Below, piece by piece: positions 1 to 13,862 of a stretch of 34,229 nucleotides of DNA. The notes beneath the pieces are model-generated. The model saw only the letters and a program-made list of their open reading frames with translations. It was not told the origin of the DNA and made no database searches. A program made the position numbers and the translations under genes. The DNA is from Utricularia gibba. Lineage: Eukaryota > Plantae > Magnoliophyta. The first letter of the stretch is position 1. Each line of letters opens with the position of its first letter. The stretch is taken from the NCBI GenBank assembly GCA_002189035.1, contig NEEC01000075.1:1-34229 (forward strand), written 5' to 3'.

Positions 1-18
1 AAATCAAGTTGGAGTGAG

Positions 19-289
19 CCCTAGTTATTCCCAAATCAGCTTCATCGAGGAAACTGAAGCCTCGGAGGCGATAGACTGAGTTTTGGGTGTTGTCTGGAGA
101 ATTTGCTATATGCCTGTTGATGATACTTGATAGCTGGGTTAACAGAAGCCTGGAAGTGATTTAGTGAATGACCGGATGAAGTGACGTTGCGTTTGAGGGC
201 TACGGTTGGAAGTTGAAGAAAGCAGCTGCTTGGGATTCGGGAATTTCTTAAACGTAGTAGTGCAACAGCGTTCTTGAGGTTTTGTGGCT
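19..289 (+). repeat. Decayed direct-repeat copy of the UBP gene 5' region (matches 3911-4146)
   Basis: Manual alignment: 19-39 vs 3911-3930 (19/20 plus a 1-nt gap), 164-185 vs 3989-4010 (19/22), 204-224 vs 4031-4051 (17/21), 225-247 vs 4080-4102 (18/23), 261-289 vs 4118-4146 (27/29). All blocks are collinear. Confidence 0.85.
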
Positions 290-436
290 CTGTTGTATCT
301 TCGAAAGTCCCTAGATTTTGTTATCTAACAAGGGGACGGTAGTTTTTGCTCCCACGTTGGAAGTTTGGTTATACGTATGTGCTCGAGTCCTTGATCTTCA
401 GATTGCCTGAAAGTGAGACAGTTTGAAAATCTTCCG

Positions 437-3400
437 ATGGAGAGGCTGGATGAGTGTGAAAATACCGATCTAAAATTTGTTCGTAACATATGCATCCTTG
501 CTCATGTTGATCATGGCAAGACTACTCTTGCTGACCATCTAATTGCTTCCTATGGAGGGGCGTGCTCCATCCAAAGCAAGCTGGTAAGCTCAGGTTCATG
601 GACTACTTGGATGAGGAGCAGAGGCGTGCCATAACGATGAAGAGCTCATCCATTGCTCTTCAATTCAGAGACCATTTTGTAAATTTAATTGATTCTCCAG
701 GACACATGGATTTCTGTAGCGAGGTTTCCACTGCTGCACGCGTGAGCGATGGTGCACTGGTTTTGGTGGATGCTGTTGAGGGTGTTCATATCCAGACGCA
801 TGCTGTTATGCGTCAAGCGTGGATTGAGAAACTGACCCCTTGTTTAGTATTGAATAAGATTGATAGACTGATTTCCGAGTTAAGATTGACTCCTATGGAA
901 GCTTATAATCGATTATTAAGGATAATCCATGAGGTTAATGGGATAGTGAGTGCCTACAAGTCTGAGAAATACTTATCTGATGTAGATTCAATTCTTTTCG
1001 TTACTCCATCCAGTGAAGGTGAAATTAATTACGAGCTCATTGAGGATGATGAGGAGGATACTTTTCAACCTCAAAAAGGAAATGTGGTCTTTGCTTGTGC
1101 CCTAGATGGATGGGGTTTGGGATATGTGACTTTGCTGATCTTTATGCATCTAAGCTTGGAGCTAGCACAACAGCGTTGCAGAAGGCACTTTGGGGGCCTA
1201 GATATTACATCGCAAAGACTAAAACAATTGTTGGCAAGAAAGGAGTTAGCAATATTGCAAAGGCAAAGCCTATGTTCGTGCAATTTGTTTTGGACCCACT
1301 TTGGCAGGTTTTTCATGCTACTTTGGAACCTGATGGTGATAGGGGATTACTTGAAAAACTTATCAAATCCTTTGGTTTATCTGTACCATCTCGTGATCTT
1401 CAAAATAAAGATCCAAAAGCTGTACTGCAGGCTGTCCTGAGTCGTTGGCTTCCTTTATCAGATGCAATATTGTCTATGGTTGTCAAGTGCATGCCTGACC
1501 CTGTGGCAGCTCAATCTTTCCGCATTCAGAGGTTGCTGCCAAAACAAGATATCGATAAAAATGGGGAAAGCAGTAATATTCTTGATGAAGCCAATTCTAC
1601 TAGAAAATCTGTTGAGGCTTGTGATTGCAGCCCTTCTGCGCCATGCATTGCATTTGTCTCTAAAATGTTTGCGCTTCCAATATCAATGCTTCCTCGTGGA
1701 GAGGTTTTGGACACTATGACTGATGATAGCGCATCAGGCGAGTTCTTTCTTGCATTTGCCAGGGTTTTTAGCGGGGTGTTCACTAAAGGCCAGAGAGTTT
1801 TTGTGCTTCTTCATTGTATGATCCACTTAAGGTGGGTTCAAATCAGAAGCATATTCAAGAAGCTGAGTTGCAAGGCTTATATCTCATGATGGGTCAAGGA
1901 CTCAAGCCCATTGCTTCTGCAAAGGCAGGCAGCATTGTTGCCATACGAGGTCTTGGGCAGCACATATTGAAGAGCGCCACTCTTTCGTCGACAGTTAATG
2001 CATGGCCTTTCTCAAGCATGGTTTTCCAAGTTTCACCTACACTGAGAGTGGCAATAGAGCCATCTGATCCTGGGGACATTAGTGCGCTTAGCAAAGGACT
2101 GCGGCTCTTAAATCGTGCTGACCCATTTGTGGAGGTCACGGTTTCTGCAAGGGGCGAGCATGTTCTTGCAGCAGCTGGAGAAGTTCACCTGGAGAGATGC
2201 ATAAAAGATTTGAAGGAGAGGTTTGCAAAAGTTAGTTTAGAAGTCTCCTCCTCTTGTTTCTTACAAAGAGACAATTCAGGGTGATGCTGCATATCCTTGG
2301 GAAAATCACAAGCTGTTAACTTGCACCTCTGACTTCGTGGAAAGGACAACGCCCAATGGGCGAGGTGTTGTTCGTGTGCAGGTTCTTAAACTTCCCAATC
2401 CTCTCACGGAGCTTCTTGATAAAAGTTCTGAATTACTTGGAGAATTAATCAGAGGAAACTCTAAACAGACCGATAAAATCCTAGGAACATCAGTAAGCAG
2501 TTCAGAGGATGGTAACCTAACTGAGACACTGAAGGAGAAAATGGTCGAGGCAGTGGAAAATGATATTTCAGCTAGAGTAAATGAGGTCGGAGGTGATAAG
2601 ATTGAGAAGTATAGAAAGGAGTGGAGTAATATTTTCAGGAGAATATGGGCACTTTGGTCCGAGTGAAGTTGGCCCCAATATTCTTTTAACTCCTGGAAAG
2701 GGAAAAACGTTGGACGGTGCTGCTCTTATTAGTGGCCCCCCTCATGTATCTGAGAAGCTAGGTTTTGTGATGCCGGTGAGAGTCAGAGTTCTTCGTCAGA
2801 ATCATCTGTTACTGAAGAAATGTTGCTGAAAGAAGCCGAGAATCTGGAGAGCAGTGTGCTGTCTGGATTTCAGTTGGCCACTTCCTCTGGTCCCTTATGT
2901 GATGAACCTATGTGGGGCTTGGCCTTCATTGTGGAAGCCATCATTTCTCCGGTTGATCATCAGCCGTTGACAGATGATGCTGTTTCCTATCAGCAACCTG
3001 ATCAGTACGGATTATTTGCTGGCCAGGTTATGACAGCAGTTAAAGAAGCTTGTCGAGCAGCCGTACTCAAAGGCAAACCTAGACTCGTTGAAGCATGGTA
3101 CTTCTGTGAACTGAACACCCCACAGAACATCTGGGATCAATGTACGCTGTCCTGGCTCGAAGAAGGGCTAGAGTTATCAAAGAAGAGATGCAGGAAGGTT
3201 CCTCCCTCTTCACTGTACATGCATATGTTCCGGTTGCAGAGAGTTTTGGCTTTGCGGATGAGCTGAGACGATGGACGTCCGGAGCATCCAGCGCACTGCT
3301 GGTTTTCAGTCACTGGGAAACACTCAACGAGGACCCCTTCTTCGTGCCTAAAACAGAAGAGGAAGTCGAGGAGTATGGAGATGGCTCCAGCGTGCCCCAG

Positions 3401-3511
3401 AACATGGCAAGAAAGCTTATCGATGCTGTGAGGAGGCGAAAAGGTCTGCCAGTTGAGGAGAAAGTCGTCCAACATGCGACCAAGCAGAGAACATTGGCCC
3501 GCAAAGTCTAG
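437..3511 (+). CDS. EFL1: Elongation factor-like GTPase 1 (EFL1/RIA1, 60S maturation); intronless CDS with 7 apparent frameshifts
   Basis: ORF pieces join into a full EF2-like protein: G1 [62 protein letters not shown]-terminal [26 protein letters not shown]. Frame changes at about 557-560 (GGGG), 1112-1118, 1807, 2245-2250 (CT run), 2653-2656, 2763-2766 and 3118-3121. No in-frame nonsense codon is needed. The ATG at 437 was chosen. Intact gene versus pseudogene is unresolved. Confidence 0.9.
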
Positions 3512-4018
3512 CCAGAAGACCAATTTTGGTATATCATCAAATGGCTCATGATAATTTTTTTTATAAAAATTAAGTTGTTTAATTTTTTATTAAATATAAT
3601 AATTTTGTACTTTTAAAGTTATTAAATTTCAATTTTTATTTTTTTAAATATTATTTTGAAAAAATATTTCTCAATAATTTATATCAAACGGATCAAATAT
3701 TTCTTTCTAATAAAAAAATAACATGCGGTTGTTTTTTTTGGTCAAATAACGTGGAATTTTTAATTTTTGTATTCCTCCCTTTTTATATTGCTAAAATGAA
3801 AATGCATGCACAAGGTAATATTAATTTATTTAAATATTATTTTTTCGAGTACAACATGGGAGCGTGCAATATTTCTCCTCTATTTACGTTTCTGATATCT
3901 GACGATCGAACCCTAGCTATCCCAAATCAGGCTTACCGTGGCGGGTGATTTTGTTGGAGGAACAGCAGAATCGCGGAGGCGAGATGGAGTGAGTGATCGG
4001 ATGAGGTGACAGTTAATT

Positions 4019-6396
4019 ATGGGAGCGACGGGTTCGAAGCTGGAGAAGGCATTGGGCGACCAATTTCCTGAGGGCGAGCGCTACTTTGGACTTGAGAATT
4101 TCGGAAACACGTGTTACTGCAACAGCGTTCTTCAGGTTTTCTGGCTTGTTGAGTTATTTTAGTTATGTTGTTGGGGCCGATTGTGCTCCTGTATTTCCCC
4201 TCTACTTGGGCGAATTTATTCATGCGTGACCCTGATCGCCAAAGTCGCGTTTTTTTTTCCCCAAAGCGGGAGTTTATGAAGTTCCGTTAAGGTTGTTCTC
4301 GGTTGCATGTTTTTCACAATTAATGCTAATGAGTATATGAGTATCATGATAGCGGTACTGTTAGAATGTGTTACCTGATCGTCATGTTCGTCATATCTTG
4401 AACAAACTGCGAGGTTTTTTGTTATTCTGGTACCAAATCGTTTCTGGTATTCTACTACTGATTACTTCTGTAGATGAGACCATCTTGCCCTGATCTATTT
4501 CCACACCTCCCTGAAATTAGCAGTATCCATTTGCTGGTTCTTTTTTGTTTTCCGACACCTAGGATGTGAATCCTTTTCACTATTTTTTCGTCTTGGATTC
4601 AACATTGTTCTTTATTCTAATTGCTTCTTCCTATTTTCATGTACTTATTCCCACAATATCATTGAAATTCTTCTTTGCAATAATAATTGTTGCTTTTTTA
4701 GGCACTCTATTTCTGTGTTCCTTTTCGGGAACAGTTGCTGGAGTACCATTCAACTAACAAAGGTCCTATTGATGCAGAAGAAAACTTGTTAACATGCCTA
4801 GCGGACTTGTTTTTGCAGGTATTTTTTTTTTCAAAGGGTGAAATATATTGATGTGCAGTATACAACTGATTTAGGATTCTGGATTATGGATGTGCATTAT
4901 GCCACTCATTCCGTAAACTGAGTAGTCTGTGGTCGGAGTATATGTGTATGTATTCATGGCTTTTTGTGAACTTTAATTGTATGCTTGTTGATGCAGTGTC
5001 TCCAATTTGTTTTCCACCTAATATGTTGCTGTTCTCTAAGTTTCAGATTAATTTTTATTCCTAATTTTATTTGTAGATTAGTACACAGAAGAAGAAAACT
5101 GGTGTTCTTGCTCCAAAACGTTTTGTTCAGCGTCTGAGGAAGCAAAATGAAATTTTTCGCAGTTACATGCACCAGGTTTTTCCATTGATCTTCCTTAAAA
5201 AATATATTTTCGATCCTCATTATGCTTTCGTTATATACACCTATGCTTGTTCTTTGCCCTTAGAGCTCAGTGGTTTTTATTTCTTTTCAAAGTGTAATGA
5301 GTTGAGATGATGTTTTATGTGCAGGATGCTCACGAGTTCTTGAATTATTTGCTGAATGAGCTTGTTGACATCGTGGAGAAAGAAGCTGGAGCTGCCAAAA
5401 GTGATCAAGAAACTTCTCAGAATGGACCAAAAAATGGGGTTTCCAATGGCCATCATAAGGAGCCCCTTATTACCTGGGTGCACAAAAGTTTCCAGGTGAG
5501 TTGAGTTTGGTGGTTATCATTGAATTGGAACCTTTCTGAATTGTCAGTCAGGTGTATCAATGTGTAATTCTATGTTGGGTAAGGGTGTCTTCTCTGTTGT
5601 CTGTTTGTTTTGTTTTTCTTGTGGCAGTGGGATCTTTCTTGAAAATATGTTGTTAAATTGGCTGTCGTTTTTGTCATTCACTTCCATATTATGTGACGGC
5701 CCAGGGATTATTGACGAATGAAACAAGGTGCTTATGCTGTGAGACAGTGACGGCAAGAGATGAAACGTTTCTTGACTTGAGCCTTGATATTGAGCAGAAT
5801 AGTTCAATTACTAGTTGCCTTAAAAACTTCAGCTCCACCGAAACATTGAATGCTGAGGACAAATTCTTCTGTGATAAATGCTGCAGGTTAGTCGTGTTTT
5901 TTTCTCATAAAGACTGTGACAATCTTTTACCTCTCTTTGCAAAAGACTGAACCCCGCTTTACAGAGAATAAGGATTGTTTTGCATTGCAGCTTGCAAGAG
6001 GCACAAAAAAGAATGAAGATAAAAAGGCCACCCCAGATTCTAGTCATACATCTGAAAAGATTCAAGTACATAGAACAGTTGGGACGCTATAAGAAGCTGT
6101 CATATCGCGTTGTGTTCCCTCTGGAGCTCAAACTCAGCAACACAGTCGAAGATGCAGATGCTGAGTACTCATTGTTTGCTGTTGTGGTCCATGTGGGAAG
6201 CGGTCCCAACCATGGCCACTATGTAAGTCTTGTAAAGAGCCACAACCATTGGTTGTTTTTTGATGACGAAAACGTCGAGATGATCGACGAATCAGCCGTC
6301 CAAACATTCTTCGGGTCATCCCAAGAGTACTCCAGTAACACAGATCATGGCTACATCTTGCTCTATGAACGGCTCATCCCCAGTTCCAGCTCCTGA
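4019..6396 (+). CDS. UBP3: Ubiquitin-specific protease UBP3/UBP4 type (USP12/46 family), 363 aa
   Basis: Exons 4019-4135, 4702-4818, 5077-5175, 5325-5495, 5705-5886, 5991-6396 splice GT-AG into an intact 1092-nt ORF. Cys box [23 protein letters not shown], His box [12 protein letters not shown]-terminal [13 protein letters not shown]3 versus UBP4 cannot be distinguished. Confidence 0.95.
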
Positions 6397-7148
6397 TATA
6401 GCCACCCCGTTGTCAGCCTATTGGTGAGCATATCTTGCCCCATCCCCTGTACTGCTTTTTTCTTCACGGCCGGTGCAAGTGCACTTTTTTCATGGGGCTT
6501 CTTTCCTTTTACTTTCGGAGCATTCGAGTTGTGTTCCTTGGAGACATTGTATAGTGGAGGATGCTGCTGTAGTGCAGATTGATCGGCCTCAAATAAAGGA
6601 GGAAGATGACCATGATGATGATGATGACAAATAGAGTGCAGATGATTTATAGGATGTGGACTCTGTGTAGACTGTAGATCAATAAACCTTTTTGCAAACC
6701 TTTGAAAAGGTTTTCGCCCCAAGTACTTTGTATGCTAATATTAACAATAAATCTTTTATTTTTATTATAAAAATTCAGAATATTTTGAGCTAAATGCTAA
6801 TATTACTAGATGTGAAATAGACAAAATTATATACTTGTCATTTTTTAAGGATAATATTTTTTAAAAAATACGCGTAATAGTCAAATGATATAAATTTTAT
6901 TAATGATTGCATACTTATTTTATTAGTACTAATAATCTCAATATTCTACGAAATACTTATTTTTTAATATAATTAATAGTCGGAGTTTCTTTATTTATTC
7001 ATAGTAATTTGAATTACTATATGTAGGAGCATATGAGGGGGGTGACGCCGTGACGGACAGCGTTGTACGTTAATCCCTACATCAGAAATTTTCCAGCCGC
7101 TGTTTCTCTTTCCGTGCCGGCGAATCTCAAGAACCGCCGAAGGCTGGG

Positions 7149-10100
7149 ATGGCGGGAGTTGCGGCAATGAATAACCAGTTGAATATGGATGAGTGGCCCT
7201 CTTGGGGTTCCCGGAGCGTCGAATGCTTTGAAAAGCTAGAGCAGATTGGAGAAGGAACTTATGGGTTAGTTGCAATTTGTGTATGATTTGGATGCTTAAA
7301 TTTGAGATGCCCGCATGACCTTCTGGGTATCGTGGTTACAGGGTTGATTGGGTTTTTTGGCACGTTGTATTTTATTGAGGGGCAGTTTATTTCTGTATTT
7401 TTTGGTGTTGGAATCGTTTCCGATCTGTTCCCTTTTAGATGAGGCAAATTAACGAGCCCTAGGGCTGACTTTGAGCATTCAGTGGTTGTGCGTGTTACAG
7501 TCAACTGTATTGCGTATGCCGAGTAGGGTTTTATTGGTGTGGTAATTGCAGAAATAATGTAAATTTTGCGGTCAGCTTGTCGTGTAGTCTGAATGTGTTC
7601 TATTTGTATGTGACAAATGTGAAGCATGCCTGAGTAAAATCATTCTGTTGTCTCATTCCACTCATCCCAAGGTAATACTTTAATTGGCTGAGTAGTGGAG
7701 AAGTGTAAAATTGGACAGATAGCTATATAGCTTATTCAAACTCTAAAAACAACATCTATGCGAGAGATGGCAGAGGTATCCCGTGTATGGGTAAATGGTT
7801 CTTGTCACATAGTTTGCTTTTGCTGAAGCTAACTTTGGACTCTCTTTCTCGTATTATTCGCTTGAATTATTTGACTAGTCTATTTTTTCTTCGTGTATCT
7901 AATTTTTTTTCATGCTTCATACAGCCAGGTCTACATGGCTAAAGAAAAGGAAACTGGTGATATTGTTGCGCTTAAAAAGATACGCATGGACAATGAGAAA
8001 GAAGGGGTACGTGTTCAGTCCGTTTCATTGGAACGTTTATTCAAATTTTGTCTTAAACGCCGTTGTTTCTTTCTTTCTTTTTTTTTCTCTTTCCCATTTT
8101 TGCAGTTCCCTATTACTGCAATTCGAGAAATCAAGATCTTGAAGAAGTTGCATCATGAAAATGTTATTAAGTTGAAAGAGATAGTGTCATCTCCTGGTAA
8201 TTCCTTTTTAATGCAAGTTTTCGGAGAATTATCTTTGTCTATGGTGCTTTGTAATATGATTTTTTATTGCTTTGTAGGTCGTGAAGATGATGAGAATGGA
8301 AAGCCTGGTAATAATTAAACGTTAGTCGTATGATATGACCTCTAAATTGAGCTAAATGCTATGTTGTTATAACTGCAGACAATAACAAGTACAAGGGTAA
8401 CATCTACATGGTCTTTGAGTACATGGACCATGACTTAACTGGCCTTGCTGATCGTCCTGGTTTAAGATTTACAGTTCCTCAGATAAAAGTACACAAATAA
8501 GCGAACATTAATGAACTCTAAATTTATGTGCGGAATTATGACCATCGACATTTATCTGCAGTGTTATATGAAGCAGTTGCTCACCGGTCTTCATTATTGT
8601 CATGTGCATCAAGTTCTTCACAGGGATATTAAAGGTTTTGCGTGTACCCATTTTTCTTTCTTTGTTGGTATACTTTAAGATGTATTAGGTTATATGCAAT
8701 TGCTCTGCAGGGTCAAATCTTCTGATTGACAATGAGGGGAATCTGAAGCTCGCTGATTTTGGCCTTGCACGCTCTTTTTCCAATGCTGTAAATGCCAACC
8801 TTACAAATCGTGTAATTACGTTGTGGTATAGGTAATATATATGTGTCGTGCTCATGATGAACTTTATTCTTTCTTAGCTCTAGATTGAGTTTGGTCGAAA
8901 TTTCACATCCTGTGTTGTTTAGACCTCCAGAGTTGCTTCTAGGTGCCACGAAATATGGCCCTGCTGTTGACATGTGGTCCGTTGGCTGCATTTTCGCTGA
9001 GCTGTTGTATGGGAAACCAATACTACCAGGGAAAACTGAGGTTAGTATCATCTTTATCATCAAGTGGATTAGTGATAGCGTCTATAGCATCACGCTAAAG
9101 GCTGCGCGATTTCCCTTGTCATTTACTAGAAACTATAAACTTCGTGGCATTGCAATTTGGCATGCGCATTCTTTTCCTGCCAAAACATTTTGCAGCTCTC
9201 CATACTTGATTTTCATGCTCATGTACGTGTGCTTGTATAATCATGCATTTTCCAACGTGGCAGCCAGAACAGTTAAACAAAATATTTGAGCTATGTGGTA
9301 CACCTGATGAGGTTTCTTGGCCTGGTGTCTCCAAGATACCATGGTATCATAAGTTTAAGCCCGCTCATCAGATGAAAAAGAGAATTCGGGAGGTCTTCAG
9401 ACAGTTAAGGACACAGAGTATATTGATTACTTGTTGTATGCTCTGCTCGAATTGTTGTTTCATAAAATGCTTATTTGCAATGCAGCTTTGACCGGCATGC
9501 TCTAGATCTGTTGGAAAAAATGTTGGTTCTTGACCCCGCCCAGGTATGTTATTTCTTAAAAACCAACTGCATATTTATGTCTCGTTCTGTGGTTTCGATT
9601 TTTCTCACGGCGTTCTGTTTGAATGCTTAAAACCAAGTTGATTAGAGCGTTTTTCTGTCTGGGATCTATAGAGGATTTCAGCGAAGGATGCCCTGGATGC
9701 CGAATATTTCTGGGTCAATCCGTTGCCATGTGATCCAAAAAGGTATGCTAAACATTCAGTGGTTTCCTTGTAATTTCGTTAAGTTTATGCATCCACAAAG
9801 TGAATACTAAGGATTTGGAATTGCCGTCTACTGAGCTAACCTTTTTTCTCAGTTTGCCGAAATATGAATCGTCTCATGAGTTCCAGACGAAGAAAAGGCG
9901 ACAACAGCAAAGACAAAATGAAGAAGCCGCAAAAAGACAGAAGCTGCCACATCCGCAGCAACATGCTCGTTTGCCTCCTATCCAACAGACTGGTCAGCCG
10001 CATCCTCAGAACTGGAATACTTCCGGTCACCAAATGAACAATCCTGCTGCAGGTGGGGTAAGCCATCATCACTATGGAAAGCAGCCTCACGGCCCTCCCG

Positions 10101-10357
10101 GCGGCAATAGCCGATACCCTGCAGGTGGGACTGCTGCTGGTGGTTACTACCAAGATCGTGGAAATTATCCTGGTGGACCATATCCACAACCAGTGAGAGG
10201 GCCGCCTCCATATCCAGGGAGCAGTGCTCCAAATGCCCACAGAGGTAGTTCAGCCGGATACGGTGCACCTCCGAGCTACCCGCAGGGAGGACAGTACGGA
10301 GGCTCTGGTGGTCGGAATTCGAACCCCCCTGGTGGCAACAGAAACCAGTACGGTTGA
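7149..10357 (+). CDS. CDKC: Cyclin-dependent kinase C (PITAIRE; CDK9-like CTD kinase), 504 aa
   Basis: 12 exons: 7149-7264, 7925-8006, 8106-8196, 8278-8307, 8379-8488, 8562-8634, 8711-8831, 8923-9040, 9264-9403, 9486-9543, 9672-9742, 9853-10357 (1515 nt, in frame). Motifs [37 protein letters not shown] and a Gly/Pro/Gln-rich tail. Confidence 0.95.
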
Positions 10358-10729
10358 GAGTGGTGGCATGTACGGTGCAATGGAAGTTCAACCGGCACCA
10401 ACCCACCTGTGCAACATCAGATAACTCAATCAGATTGCTAGATGACTTGTAAAGGGACGTGGTCGTGCTCGTTAGTCGTTGTACATTTTTTTAACAGACA
10501 GTTTATTCTTCAACAGCAGAAACCAGTTCCATGTCATCATTGCTTCGCATCTCTACGTTGATAATTGAAGACAAATGCCCCTAATTTATTAGCTCTCTGG
10601 ACTCCAGGATATGTGAAAATGAATGACCGTGAAAAAAAAATTCTGTTTTCGAGTTAGATGGGGGCTCGACAAGCATCAATCTTTTACATCCCCAACTTGC
10701 TCTTCGTGCGTCTCCAGTTCTCTTTGTGT

Positions 10730-12338
<1,609 letters not shown>

Positions 12339-13862
12339 ATGACTGCCGTAACTTTTCCCTTTTTCGCTTCCTCCGTTCGTTGCTCCGACAGTTCCTTCTC
12401 AATTTTCGGATTCACGCCTCACAACTGTGCGCTTGCAGGGGCCAGAATGTGTTCAGTGTCGGCCCCGCCCCTGCCGAAAAAGCGCACAGGTGTTCGAAGC
12501 AAAAGCATTCCTTCCTCCAATTCTGAAGCGGAGGACTTGGTGCGCTCTTTGATGTCGAATTTCACTGATAAGCAGCCGTTGACGAGTACCCTCAATAAGT
12601 ACGTAAAGCTTTTGAGGACAGAACACTGTTTCCTGCTGTTTGAGGAGTTGGGGAAGACTGATAAATGGTTTCAATGCCTCGAGGTCTCATTCCCATCCTC
12701 ATCTCTGAATCTCTTGCTTGCTTTATTCTTACTTCATTACTGTATTCTTTCCAAAGTTCCCATAGCCAATTTGCCCTTTTGAAGTCAGGTCTTCAGATGG
12801 ATGCAAAAGCAAAGGTGGTATATAGCTGATAATGGTGTCTATTCAAAGTTGATTTCTGTCATGGGGAAAAAGGGCAAAACTCGTATGGCAATGTGGCTCT
12901 TCTCTGAGATGCGAAACAGTGGTTGCAGGCCAGATACTTCGGTCTACAATGCACTCATCTCAGCCCATCTTCACTCTCGTGATAAAGCGAAGGCACTGGA
13001 CAAGGCTCTCGGTTATTTTGAAAAAATGAAAGGAATGGAGAGACGCCAACCTAATGTTGTAACCTACAACATTCTTCTGAGAGCTTTTGCACAGGCTAAA
13101 AATGTTGAAAAAGTTAACGCACTGTTCAAGGATCTTGATGATAGCATCATCTCCCCTGATATATTCACCTTCAATGGTGTGATGGATGCTTATGGGAAAT
13201 CGGGAATGATTAGGGAAATGGAGTTGGTGCTTTCTAAAATGAAAAGCAATCAGATAAAGCCTGATGTTATTACATTCAATCTTCTGATTGATGCATATGG
13301 GAGAAAGCAGGAGTTTGATAAAATGGAGCAGGTTTTCAAGAGTTTGATGCACTCCAAGGAAAAACCTACACTTCCTACATTTAACTCCATGATCATCAGC
13401 TACGGCAAAGCACGAGCCAGGGAGAAAGCTGAAATGGTTTACCAGAAGATGATCCAGTTGGGCTATAAACCCAGCTTCATTACTTATGAATCCCTCATCA
13501 CGGCCTACGGACAATGTGACTGTGTCTCGAAGGCTCGCGAGATTTTCAACCAGATCGCTGAGACCGAGAGAGTGAAGAGAACTTCAACTTTGAATGCGAT
13601 GCTGGAAGTGTACTGCATGAATTCTCTCCCCATGGAGGCTCACTTGCTTTTTGAAAGTGCACATGCTTTGAAAACGTTTCCAGCCGATCTTTCAACTTAC
13701 AAGATTCTTTACAGAGCTTATACCAAATCCCAGATGAAGGAACTAGTTGATAAGTTACTAGAGCATATGGATAGCAGCGGAATCATCCCAAATAAAAAGT
13801 TTTTCTTGGATACTCTCAGTGTAACAGTACTGGGGTCTTTACCTGCTGAGAAGAGGAGTTGA
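12339..13862 (+). CDS. PPR5: P-class pentatricopeptide repeat protein, PPR5/EMB2453-like (plastid), 472 aa
   Basis: Exons 12339-12683 and 12789-13862. Ser/Phe/Pro-rich transit-like N-terminus. CFLLFEELGKTDKWFQCLEVFRWMQKQRWYIADNGVYSKLISVMGKKG and tandem PPR motifs (VYNALI, TYNILL, TFNGVM, TFNLLI, TFNSMI) match my recollection of PPR5. Confidence 0.85.
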
